Shown here: positions 1-8,581 of the stretch, piece after piece
Layout: each line of letters opens with the position of its first letter
How positions within the stretch are numbered: position 1 is the stretch's first letter
From: Candidatus Saccharimonadia bacterium
Lineage (GTDB): Bacteria > Patescibacteriota > Saccharimonadia > UBA4664
NCBI GenBank assembly: GCA_036488585.1
Contig: DASXHH010000024.1
Coordinates: forward strand, 85 to 64,084
Reading direction: 5' to 3'
DNA: 64,000 nt
Notes under the pieces: model-generated
Seen by the model: the letters and a program-made list of their open reading frames with translations, nothing else
What the model was told of the DNA's origin: nothing
Database searches by the model: none
Program-made: the position numbers and the translations under genes

Positions 1-1
1 A

Positions 2-499
2 AAGGGGGTGCATTTGGCGATTGGCGCGGTGCGTGAGTACAACCGGCAACACCAGGACGAGCTTGTGAAACTGAAAATTGCCGGCAAACATTACGCCGGA
101 CATAGCAAGGATTTATATTGGCAGGAGCAAATTTTGCCGGAGCTAGGGGGCGAGATTGAGTACGCGGGATTTATTCGTGGTGACGAGGAGAAACGGCGGT
201 TTTTGGCCAATGCCCGCGCGTTAATAATGCCGAGCACCTTTGCTGAGCCGTTTGGACTGGTAATGGCCGAAGCGCTGGCTTGTGGCACGCCGATAGTGGG
301 GCTGAACTCGGGAGCGGTGGCCGAAGTGGTGCGTGACGGCGAGACGGGATTGGTGGTGAAAGACGCGAGCGAGCTGGTGGGCGCACTGGGTCGAATAAGT
401 GAAATCGACCGCGGCCAATGCCGGGCCGATTTTGAGGGGCGTTTCACGCTCGAGCGGATGGTGCGTGAGCACGCCGAATTGTACAAAAGCTTAGTATAG
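2..499 (+). CDS. Glycosyltransferase family 4 (GT-B), 5'-truncated by window edge
   Basis: C-terminal GT4 motif 'MPSTFAEPFGLVMAEALACGTPIV'; frame is open to the window start. Confidence 0.9.
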   Translation, partial: KGVHLAIGAVREYNRQHQDELVKLKIAGKHYAGHSKDLYWQEQILPELGGEIEYAGFIRGDEEKRRFLANARALIMPSTFAEPFGLVMAEALACGTPIVGLNSGAVAEVVRDGETGLVVKDASELVGALGRISEIDRGQCRADFEGRFTLERMVREHAELYKSLV

Positions 500-554
500 G
501 TGGGTCGTCGGCCCGGGCACGAAGGGTGCGCCCGGGCCGACAAGCGGTGGAGGG

Positions 555-986
555 TTAGGACGCGAGCAGGCGGAAGCGGAACTTGTGAAGTTCCTTCCAG
601 ACCCGGTGCAGGATGATGATGGCCTGGATGGCGCCGGCCGCGCCGAACATCTCGATAGTGGCCTCGTCGGCGGGGCCGGCGGGTCCGAGTGCGGGTACGG
701 TCACCTTGATGCTGCCATGATGCAGGGACAGGCGAGGCGCCAGATCGAAGTGGAGCGGGAACTCGGGGCTGTAGAAGCCCTCGGGAGTCGCCGGTTGGTG
801 GGGATCCACCAGGCTGAGATGGCTGGCCGCGGCCACGATCTCAACCATCTCCCTCGGCGTCATTGAGCATCCGAACCTGTCGGTGAACGCTCGCTGGATG
901 GCGGCGAGGGCATCCACCACGCTCTGGGCGGCGGTGCTGGATGTGCTGTCGTTGAAAGCCAAGGTGGGGGTCGCCGGTACGTCCAA
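555..986 (-). CDS. Hypothetical (orphan) protein, 143 aa
   Basis: TTG start preceded by AGGAGG; GC3-rich codon usage; no recognisable motif. Confidence 0.65.
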   Translation of the reverse strand: MDVPATPTLAFNDSTSSTAAQSVVDALAAIQRAFTDRFGCSMTPREMVEIVAAASHLSLVDPHQPATPEGFYSPEFPLHFDLAPRLSLHHGSIKVTVPALGPAGPADEATIEMFGAAGAIQAIIILHRVWKELHKFRFRLLAS

Positions 987-1063
987 TGTTCCTCCTAAGA
1001 GGCCGGTGTTTTTGCCGACTATGCTTGATAAAGCGCTTATTACTTTATCATAATTCCTATTTT

Positions 1064-1915
1064 TTACAAGATGACCAAATCGGTCTTGATGCGCGGATGA
1101 GACACGTAGTCTTCGAGCACAAAATTTTCCTCTCGGAAGTCATCGATATTCTTCACGTCGCCCACGATCTTGAGCTTGGGAAGCGGGAAGGGCTTGCGGC
1201 GCAGCTGTTCTTTGGCGGCGTCGATGTGGTTCTTGTAGAGGTGGGCGTTACCGGCGGCAATTATCAGTTCGCGGGGCTCGGCGTCCACCAGATGCGCCAC
1301 CATGTGCAGGAGCATGGCGTACTGGGCGATGTTAAACGGCGCGCCCAAAAATACGTCCCACGAGCGTTGGTACAGCTGGAGCCGTAATTTGCCTTTGGTA
1401 AGGTCGAACTGGAACATGGTGTGGCACGGTGGCAGGCGCATATCGCCGTAATCATTGGGGTTCCAGCGCTTGTCGCCAATCTCACCCGCATTCCAGGCAC
1501 TCACGATTATGCCCTTAGAATCGGGGTTGGTCTTGAGTTCATTGATAGCCCAAGCCAGTTGATCGAATTCGGGTTGTCCGTCAGGTCGCTTCCAATGCCG
1601 CCATTGGACGCCGTAGACCCGGCCAAGGTCGTTCGAGTCCTCGTGTAAAAATCCGTCCCAGTAGTGAATATTGTGTTCGTGCAGATATGTGACGTCCGAG
1701 CTGCCCGAAATAAACCACAATAGCTCGTGAAGCAGGATCTTAAACGGCATCTTCTTGGTGGTGAGCAACGGGAAGCCGTGCCGCATGTCGAACCGCACTT
1801 GGGTGCCAAACACCGACTTGAGGCTATGAATGCCTCGGCTGGGCTTACTCTTGCCGTTTTTAATGATATCGGCCATGAGGCCTAAATATTCGTATTCTGG
1901 ATGCCGTGTCGGCAT
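1064..1915 (-). CDS. thyA: Thymidylate synthase
   Basis: 'GFPLLTTKK', 'VYGVQWRHW', catalytic 'LPPCH', 'YQRSWDVFLGAPFNIAQY'; ATG at 1915 with SD GGAGAGGAGG. Confidence 0.97.
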   Translation of the reverse strand: MPTRHPEYEYLGLMADIIKNGKSKPSRGIHSLKSVFGTQVRFDMRHGFPLLTTKKMPFKILLHELLWFISGSSDVTYLHEHNIHYWDGFLHEDSNDLGRVYGVQWRHWKRPDGQPEFDQLAWAINELKTNPDSKGIIVSAWNAGEIGDKRWNPNDYGDMRLPPCHTMFQFDLTKGKLRLQLYQRSWDVFLGAPFNIAQYAMLLHMVAHLVDAEPRELIIAAGNAHLYKNHIDAAKEQLRRKPFPLPKLKIVGDVKNIDDFREENFVLEDYVSHPRIKTDLVIL

Positions 1916-2082
1916 AGTCCCCTCCTCTCCCCCTATATACATAGGCAGTATAACAAACCTGCCAAGTTGTTAATTTGTGATCTGTACTGAGGAGAGTGTG
2001 GTTGTGTTTGCGTTGGTTGCGCGAGCTTGATTCCACTTGCGTACATCCGCGGTCTGTTCCAGACGGCGGACGGTCTTGGCGG

Positions 2083-2118
2083 AAAGAAAAACGGCTTCTC
2101 GCTGTTGCGAGAAGCCGT
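2083..2118 (-). terminator. Rho-independent terminator of the serpin-like gene
   Basis: Perfect 12-bp stem ACGGCTTCTCGC/GCGAGAAGCCGT with a U-tract on the minus strand. Confidence 0.85.
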
Positions 2119-2178
2119 AGGTGCCAAGCCGGGGCCGTTGGCTGGTAGTGCCGCGGGCCCCAGCGGGGCGGGTGCGAG

Positions 2179-3072
2179 TTAGAGCTCGCTGGGGTCGTCC
2201 CAGTCGTCGGGGCTGATGTAGGCGAAGAACACCGGGACAGGCACGTCGGGCTTGCCGGCGGTCATGAGGAAGGGCCGGTTGAGCACGAGGGGCTCTGCGG
2301 TCGAGCCGAAGCACATCTCGTCCATGCCCATGGCCGAAGCTTCCTCGGCCCGGAAGCCCTTCTCGTTCATGGCCAGCTTGACCTGCATCTTGGCTTGTTG
2401 GATGATCCAGGCGCCCAGCGGTCCGGAGAGCCCGAGGTTGATGAGCCAGCTGACGTCGGGTTCGGTGTTCAGGTTCACCATCGGTACGTGGGCGCCGTTG
2501 TGCCCGGTGTAGCGGAAGCCCGGATTGTAGGTATGCAGGCCGCGGGCCAGGTGGGCTAGGTGGATCTGGTCCTTGGGCTCGTCGCACATGACGAACCGCA
2601 CGTCCAGCCCCTTCTTGGTGGATACCCGGACTACGGGGTTGGTGAACCACAAGGGCGGTTCGACCACGTCGCACCACTGGTCGCCCGAGAGCGCAAAGCC
2701 TTCGTAGGTCTGGTCTGCGCCGGTGATCGGTACGAGTTGGCCTGGGTTGACCCAGTGGTCGAGGATGTCGCTGACGCCGGCGACGCCGAAGTTGCGGCCG
2801 TTGTTGGGCCAGTCGTGGAGGTGGATGTCGAAGCCGTGCTCGGCCAGGAACCGGTTGATCTCCACGGCGGTTTCGGCGGCGATGCCCGAGACGTACTCGT
2901 CGTAGAAGGGCAGCGCCTGCAAGTAGTCGGGGAGCAAATTCACGAATCGGCTCTGCAGCCTGGAGCCGGGATGGGGTTGGGGTACCAACGTATAGTCCCC
3001 GGCGAACTTGTGGGCGGCGTAGAGCGCGGTCGCCAGTGTCATTGGGCTGAAGCCCATACTCTTACTACTCAT
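2179..3072 (-). CDS. Short, divergent serpin-like protein (297 aa)
   Basis: C-terminus 'VKLAMNEKGFRAEEASAM...PLVLNRPFLM...VFFAYISP' resembles the serpin hinge/RCL and s4B-s5B signature; SD GGAGGAG; promoter TTGATT-17-TATAAA. Confidence 0.7.
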   Translation of the reverse strand: MSSKSMGFSPMTLATALYAAHKFAGDYTLVPQPHPGSRLQSRFVNLLPDYLQALPFYDEYVSGIAAETAVEINRFLAEHGFDIHLHDWPNNGRNFGVAGVSDILDHWVNPGQLVPITGADQTYEGFALSGDQWCDVVEPPLWFTNPVVRVSTKKGLDVRFVMCDEPKDQIHLAHLARGLHTYNPGFRYTGHNGAHVPMVNLNTEPDVSWLINLGLSGPLGAWIIQQAKMQVKLAMNEKGFRAEEASAMGMDEMCFGSTAEPLVLNRPFLMTAGKPDVPVPVFFAYISPDDWDDPSEL

Positions 3073-3276
3073 CGATGCTCCTCCAAAGAGCGTCGTGGGT
3101 GATCAGATGGTAATAGTTTATACCATAAATGCGATGTCTAATCAAATTATAGATAGTGGGGATAGGTAAATTGGAGCAGGCGGCGTAGCCGGCGGAGTGG
3201 TCCTAGGCTAATTCCTGCATTTCAGTGCGGACGCTGAATGGGTCTGCTATTGTTAGGCTAATAAGCGGGACGGGGT

Positions 3277-4008
3277 ATGGAACATAAGGATTTCAGCGAT
3301 CTAAAGGCATTAATAATTAACTGTTCGATTACACACGACAAGACGAAATCGCACACGCAGAGGCTGCTCAATCGGGTGTCGGGTGTAATGGAGAAAGAGG
3401 GCGTGGAGGTGAGCCAGCTTTACATGTTGGAGCACAAGGTAGCTTTCGGGATGATCAAGGACGGGCGCGAAGAAGGCGTGGAGGACGAGTGGCCGGAAAT
3501 CCAGCGGCAGATTATGGCGGCGGACATTCTGGTGATCGGAACGCCCATTTGGCTGGGTGCTAAATCGAGCGTGGCGACGTTGGTGATCGAGCGGATGTAC
3601 GCGTATAGCGGCGACCGGAACGATAAGAGGCAATGGTTATATTACGGCAAGACCGGCGGGTGCGTGGTGACTGGTAACGAGGATGGGATTAAGGCTTGCG
3701 CGCGCGATATATTGTATTGCTTGCAGCACATCGGGTACATGATACCGCCGCAGGCGGATTGTGGCTGGATTGGCGAGGCTGGTCCCGGTCCGAGCTATGG
3801 TGACACTGAGTTTGAGGGCAAAAAGTTCGACCCGCCGGTGGGGTATGCGAATGATTTTACGAACCGGAATGCCACGTATATGGCGTGGAACCTGATGCAC
3901 ACGGCTCGGATGCTCAAGGACAACGGCGGGATTCCGGCAGTCGGCAACACGACCGAGGGCTGGGAGCACGTGACGAACGCCAAGCGGCAGAATCCGGAGT
4001 ACCGCTAG
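3277..4008 (+). CDS. Multimeric flavodoxin / NADPH-dependent FMN reductase family protein
   Basis: 'ALIINCS...SHT', 'ADILVIGTPIWLG', 'GKTGGCVVTGNEDG'. Confidence 0.88.
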   Translation: MEHKDFSDLKALIINCSITHDKTKSHTQRLLNRVSGVMEKEGVEVSQLYMLEHKVAFGMIKDGREEGVEDEWPEIQRQIMAADILVIGTPIWLGAKSSVATLVIERMYAYSGDRNDKRQWLYYGKTGGCVVTGNEDGIKACARDILYCLQHIGYMIPPQADCGWIGEAGPGPSYGDTEFEGKKFDPPVGYANDFTNRNATYMAWNLMHTARMLKDNGGIPAVGNTTEGWEHVTNAKRQNPEYR

Positions 4009-4961
4009 ACCAGCCGACGGACGGTCTTGCCGGCTTGTTCGAGCATTTTGATGGCGTAGCCCGCACTGTGGTCTTCGCGGTAGACGACTTCGGCGATGGG
4101 CATGGCGGTGAACATGCGGGCGCAGGTGGGACATGGGAGCAGGTTGATGAAGACAGTGGTGCCGCGTAGGTCGAGGCCGGTAGAGACAGCTTTGGCTACG
4201 AGTTCGACCTCAGCGTGGTTAGTGTCGTAGTGGTTGAGGTCGTTCATGGGCGAGAAATTCAGTTCGCGGGTGGCGCCGTGGTGCCAGGCGTAGGTCTGAT
4301 ACGGAAGTACGCGGTTAAAGGCGATCTCTTTTAGGCGGTACTCACTCCCCTGCTTGAGCCCGAGTGCAACGCCGGTTTGGAATCCGTTGTCGAATGAATG
4401 AGTGGCAGCGAGGTTGGCTAGTTCAAGCATTTCGGCTTCGGAATACAGTCTTTCGTCAGATAGTTGTGGCAGTGCGGGTAACTCCGCTAAGTGCTCGAAG
4501 GCTTGGGCCTCGGCCTCGTCGGTGAAGGGCGAAACGTGATCGTAGGGAATGCGGCGGGTGGCTAAGGCGTAGTACGGCGGCTGAGTGTGAAAGAGATGCT
4601 TCCAGGAGCCGTTGACGAGTACGACCCGCTGGAGGTTGAGCTTCTCGAGAATAAATTTGAGGTCGCGCTGGAAATAGTTGAGGGTGGTGATGGTGTGCTT
4701 GGGTTTGGTGGCGTTGACCTTGGAGATGATAGGTCCGATGGCTTCGAGCTGGAGGGTCTTGAACTGGGGCTGGTCTTCGAGACCGAGGACGTAGGGCTCT
4801 TTGGCCAGGCCGAGGATGATGTTGGCCCTAGGTAGGTAAGTTTTGACGAGCTGCTTGAAGCGGGCTTGGCTAAGCTCGCGGGGGGCGGCGATGAAGATGG
4901 CGCTAAGATCGGTTAAGGGTTTCTTGGAGCCAAAAGCCAGATCGGTCCAATCATACTGCAT
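4005..4961 (-). CDS. Zn-dependent dCMP/cytidine-deaminase-family protein with an extra N-terminal alpha/beta domain
   Basis: C-terminal HAE ('NHAEVE') and PCxxC ('LPCPTCAR') motifs; ~170-aa N-terminal domain; start MQYDW overlaps the upstream HIT stop. Confidence 0.85.
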   Translation of the reverse strand: MQYDWTDLAFGSKKPLTDLSAIFIAAPRELSQARFKQLVKTYLPRANIILGLAKEPYVLGLEDQPQFKTLQLEAIGPIISKVNATKPKHTITTLNYFQRDLKFILEKLNLQRVVLVNGSWKHLFHTQPPYYALATRRIPYDHVSPFTDEAEAQAFEHLAELPALPQLSDERLYSEAEMLELANLAATHSFDNGFQTGVALGLKQGSEYRLKEIAFNRVLPYQTYAWHHGATRELNFSPMNDLNHYDTNHAEVELVAKAVSTGLDLRGTTVFINLLPCPTCARMFTAMPIAEVVYREDHSAGYAIKMLEQAGKTVRRLV

Positions 4962-5493
4962 CGGATTGCTCGCTGGCATATTTGGTTTCGTAGCGGGAGG
5001 AGAGATCGCGAATTTTCTTGGATTGGGTACGGAAAAGTTGGGCGTTTTCGAGCGGGGTGTACCTGAGCTTACGGTAGTTCCAGACGGACAGGTCGGGGCC
5101 GTCTGAGGGAATGCAGTGCATATGCAAGTGATCTTGGACGGTAGAGTTGACGGCCGCGCCGCCGTCTCGCACTACGTACTGAATGTCCTTGAGACCGTGG
5201 ACCTTACGGATGATTTTTTTAGCGATGTAGGTGAATTTTTGGACCGTGGCCCATTCGTCTGGTGTCAGCTCTTTGATGGATTTAACGTGGCGGCGCGGGA
5301 TGATCATGAGGTTGCCGTCGATGTAGGCAAAGAGCGGCACGGTGAGGACGACGCCGTTTTCCTCGTGCACGATGTATTTGTCGCGCAGGTCGCAGAAGAC
5401 GCATTTGCCCACCGTGGTCCAGATTTCGCCGTAGTAGCCGCCGGTGCGGGCGTCTCTATAATATTCCTGCTTTTGGCGTTCTTCGGGGCTCAA
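4951..5493 (-). CDS. HIT-family nucleotide hydrolase
   Basis: 'KCVFC', 'GNLMIIPRRHV', histidine triad 'HLHMH'; TTG start at 5493 with SD AAGGAG. Confidence 0.9.
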   Translation of the reverse strand: MSPEERQKQEYYRDARTGGYYGEIWTTVGKCVFCDLRDKYIVHEENGVVLTVPLFAYIDGNLMIIPRRHVKSIKELTPDEWATVQKFTYIAKKIIRKVHGLKDIQYVVRDGGAAVNSTVQDHLHMHCIPSDGPDLSVWNYRKLRYTPLENAQLFRTQSKKIRDLSSRYETKYASEQSDAV

Positions 5494-5494
5494 A

Positions 5495-6067
5495 TTAGCG
5501 CTCCTTGAGCGGATCTTTGCGCAGCTCCATGAAGTCCTTGAAGATGTCGCCAAGGTGGCCGCCGATGGCGCGCTGGACGATCTTGGTGGTGGAGATAGCG
5601 ATGGACTGGCGCTCGACCATTTTGACCTCCCCGCCGTAGTGGATGACGGTTTTGTACTCCTTGGAGTTTTTGTAGTCGCCAGTCCAGTCTTCTTGGACGG
5701 TCACGAACACGTCGGGCTTGAGCAGGCCGAGCGAGGGCGCACAGCTGGGCTCGGGCAGGATGGTGACAAAATCAACGCTTCTGAGGTAGGTGAGCATTTC
5801 GGCGCGGATTTTCTCGTCGAGGATAGGCTTATTGGGGCCTTTGACGCGGCGGATGGCCTCGTTGGAGCTGACGCCCGCTACTAGCACGTCGCCTTCGGCG
5901 CGAGCCTTCTCGAGGTAGCGGCACTGGCCGGCGTGAATGAGGTCCCAGGAACCAGCGGTGAACACCACTTTTTTGCTGCGAGCTTTGAGTTGCTCGTGTA
6001 GTTGCATGAGGTCACTTTGCGCGACTAAGCGCTTCTTCCAACTCTGCGCGACGGATGCGTCTGCCAT
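5495..6067 (-). CDS. RfaE/TagD-like cytidylyl/adenylyltransferase (HUP fold)
   Basis: 'VVFTAGSWDLIHAGQCRYL' (HxGH variant HAGQ), 'KGPNKPI', 'ISTTKIV'. Confidence 0.9.
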   Translation of the reverse strand: MADASVAQSWKKRLVAQSDLMQLHEQLKARSKKVVFTAGSWDLIHAGQCRYLEKARAEGDVLVAGVSSNEAIRRVKGPNKPILDEKIRAEMLTYLRSVDFVTILPEPSCAPSLGLLKPDVFVTVQEDWTGDYKNSKEYKTVIHYGGEVKMVERQSIAISTTKIVQRAIGGHLGDIFKDFMELRKDPLKER

Positions 6068-6094
6068 ACTCCACCTTCATATGCGTAACTTTAT

Positions 6095-7120
6095 CTATAA
6101 TACTGGTTTTGCTCCGGTGGGTGCAACGGGTGCTCCAGATTGGAGCAAGCCGCGGGCTTGGAGCAGGTCGCGGGTGCGGACGAAATGTTCGTTTTGGGGC
6201 AGGAATTCGTACGGGTTATGGCGCAGGAATTTATAGAAATCGTGGAATAGAAACAGGTTAATGAGCTCGTCGAGTAGGTTGAGGCGGCCGCGGATGATGG
6301 GGGCGCTGAAGGGCTTGGGGCCGCGTTTGTTATATCCCGCGACCAGGAAGTATTTTCGAACTTGGGCCTCGGTTTTGTACTTTGAGTCAACCAAGAGGAA
6401 GGCCAGGGTGCGGGCGATGTCGAAGACGGGGTGGCCGACGGCGGTCTTCTCGAAGTCCAGGATGCCGGAAATTTCGGGGCCGGCGGGGGTTTGGCGGAAC
6501 AGGATGTTCGAGCGGACAAAATCGAGATGCAGGATTTGCTGACGTGGAATCCGGCGGCAGAGATTGAGTAGCCCGGTGAAATGGGCGAATAGTTTGGGTT
6601 GGATGGTGAGCCCGAGCTTGGCCCCGACGGCGGCTTGGACTGCGGGATCATCGAAGTAGCGGACCATGTGAGCGGTGATTTCGAGGTAATCGATGGCGGC
6701 TTCGGGGAAATCTGATGGGGGCGTGAGGTCGGCGAGCTCGGCGTGGAGGTGGCTGAGGGCAGCGCCGAGGAGTTTGAGGTGACGCCGAGTGTAAGCTTCC
6801 CAGGGGATGGTGGCGCCGGGCAAGTAGGTGTAGAGCGCGGTGTAGCGCAGGTAATGATCGTTTTTGAGCTGGGTGATAGGTCCGAGTGTGCGGCGGGTGG
6901 GCAAGCCGTGAACAGCCAGCGTATCGGACACGAAGTTAGCGCGGCGGATGCGCTCGAGGATGCCCGGTTCGCGCTTGTACACGATGAGGTTCACCGGCTC
7001 GCCGCTGGTGGGTGTAATGCGGTACGAATGGTTGCGGTAACCGCTTTGGCGCTCGGCGACGGCGAGCGGTTCCAGTCCGTACTCGCGGGCGATCCTGGTG
7101 ATGAGCTCGGGGGTGGTCAT
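6095..7120 (-). CDS. APH / choline-kinase / homoserine-kinase-II family phosphotransferase
   Basis: Brenner-type 'LHLDFVRSNILF' and 'GILDFEK'; TATAAT 6 nt before ATG. Confidence 0.88.
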   Translation of the reverse strand: MTTPELITRIAREYGLEPLAVAERQSGYRNHSYRITPTSGEPVNLIVYKREPGILERIRRANFVSDTLAVHGLPTRRTLGPITQLKNDHYLRYTALYTYLPGATIPWEAYTRRHLKLLGAALSHLHAELADLTPPSDFPEAAIDYLEITAHMVRYFDDPAVQAAVGAKLGLTIQPKLFAHFTGLLNLCRRIPRQQILHLDFVRSNILFRQTPAGPEISGILDFEKTAVGHPVFDIARTLAFLLVDSKYKTEAQVRKYFLVAGYNKRGPKPFSAPIIRGRLNLLDELINLFLFHDFYKFLRHNPYEFLPQNEHFVRTRDLLQARGLLQSGAPVAPTGAKPVL

Positions 7121-7140
7121 GCAGGGATTATATCTGATAG

Positions 7141-7407
7141 CTAACCGAATCGCTTGATGGCGCGAGCCTTGGCCTTGGCAGCTTCAACCCCACGGTCGCG
7201 GGGTGGGGCGGTGGTGACGAGCGCATCGATGAGGTGCCTGGCAGAATGCGAGAATTCGGCCACGGCCTGGTCGAAGGCCGGCTGGTTGACTGCTGATGGC
7301 TTGGTGAAGCCTGATAGCTTGCGAGCAAATTGCAGCGCGGCTTCGTGAATCTCAGCGTCGGTGGCGGGTGGGTCAAAATTGAATAATGGTTTAATATTTC
7401 GGCACAT
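7141..7407 (-). CDS. DUF2277 family small protein
   Basis: 'MCRNIKPLFNFDPPATDAEIHEAALQFARKLSG' typical of DUF2277; SD AAGGAG. Confidence 0.85.
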   Translation of the reverse strand: MCRNIKPLFNFDPPATDAEIHEAALQFARKLSGFTKPSAVNQPAFDQAVAEFSHSARHLIDALVTTAPPRDRGVEAAKAKARAIKRFG

Positions 7408-7409
7408 AA

Positions 7410-7444
7410 CAAAACTCCTTGATCTGTATTGTACAGACAAGGAG
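7410..7444 (-). terminator. Hairpin/terminator after rplA, overlapping the SD of the DUF2277 gene
   Basis: Minus strand CTCCTTGTCTGTA-CAA-TACAGATCAAGGAG followed by TTTTG. Confidence 0.6.
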
Positions 7445-7465
7445 CTTTGCTTGGTTTGTATTTGG

Positions 7466-8581
7466 TTATTTGCGGCCGGTGGAGATAGCCTGGATGGTAG
7501 CAGCGGCGTCAACTTTGATGCCGGGGCCCATCGAGGTGGTGGCGGAGAGCGCCCTCACGTAGGTGCCCTTGGCAGAGGCGGGCTTGGCCTTGAGCACTGC
7601 GCTCAGGAATGCGGTGGCGTTGGCACGCAGGTCTTCGGGCTTAAAGCTCGCTTTGCCGACCGCCTGGTGGACGATCGCGGACTTGTCGATGCGGAACTCA
7701 ACCTTACCGCCCTTGGCCTCTTTGACGGCCTTGGCGACATCGGGAGTGACGGTACCGCTCTTGGGGTTCGGCATGAGGCCGCGCGGTCCTAGGACCTTGG
7801 CGACGCGGCCGAGGGTGGCCATCTTGTCAGGAGTAGCTACGAGCATATCGAACTCGAGCTTGCCCTTCTCGATGTCGGCCAGCAGCTTGTCGGTGCCAAC
7901 TAGGTCGGCGCCGGCAGCTTTGGCATCCTCGGCAGCTTTGCCGTCTGCGAATACGGCTACACGGACGGTTTTGCCGGTGCCGTGCGGCAGGACTACGCTG
8001 GAGCGGACCATCTGGTCGGCCTGGCGCGGATCGACACCGAGGTTAATGTGAAGCTCCACGGTGGAGTCAAACTTGGTGGTAGCGGTCTTTTGGGCTAGGT
8101 CCAGAGCTTCATCGAGGGTGTAAGCCTTGCCTACTTCGATGAGCTCGGAAGCCTTACGGTATTTCTTACCGTGTTGGTGCAACGGGTTGGGTTGCTGGCG
8201 CTTGGCCTTGGGCGGAGCGTCAGCCTCAGCGGCGTCAGTTTCGGCGCGGTGCTCCTTGGCCTCCTGGCGGGACTCTTCGGCCTCTACCTCACGGACGGCT
8301 TTGGCGCTGCGCTTGCCGGCTTTAGCCGTGCCTTTGGGCTCCTCGCCCTTAGCGTCGGTGCCGGTGGCGGCGTCGGTGGGAGCGTCCGATTCACTTACGT
8401 GGTCTTCATTCTCGTCGGGGGTCGATTCCTTGGCGCCGGACCTTTCGAGGTTCTGGTCCTCGGCCACGGCTACCACGTCGTCGGTGAGGTCCACCTCGGG
8501 CGCAGTCTCCTGGATCTCGGTGATCTCATCATGAGTCTCTTCGGCGGCCATAATTTCTTCGCGGTTCTTTGATTCTGCCAT
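7466..8581 (-). CDS. rplA: 50S ribosomal protein uL1 with ~135-aa acidic N-terminal extension
   Basis: 'KFDSTVELHINLGVDPRQADQMVR', 'LGPRGLMPNPKSGTVT'; follows rplK. Confidence 0.97.
   Translation of the reverse strand: MAESKNREEIMAAEETHDEITEIQETAPEVDLTDDVVAVAEDQNLERSGAKESTPDENEDHVSESDAPTDAATGTDAKGEEPKGTAKAGKRSAKAVREVEAEESRQEAKEHRAETDAAEADAPPKAKRQQPNPLHQHGKKYRKASELIEVGKAYTLDEALDLAQKTATTKFDSTVELHINLGVDPRQADQMVRSSVVLPHGTGKTVRVAVFADGKAAEDAKAAGADLVGTDKLLADIEKGKLEFDMLVATPDKMATLGRVAKVLGPRGLMPNPKSGTVTPDVAKAVKEAKGGKVEFRIDKSAIVHQAVGKASFKPEDLRANATAFLSAVLKAKPASAKGTYVRALSATTSMGPGIKVDAAATIQAISTGRK

Noticed and set aside
1970-2677. 235-aa Arg/Pro-rich ORF overlapping the serpin-like gene
   Set aside because: Alternative frame with off-frame composition that runs through a terminator.
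4005-4961. Calling the deaminase AvcD or RibD
   Set aside because: No P-loop Walker A motif (AvcD) and no C-terminal reductase domain (RibD).
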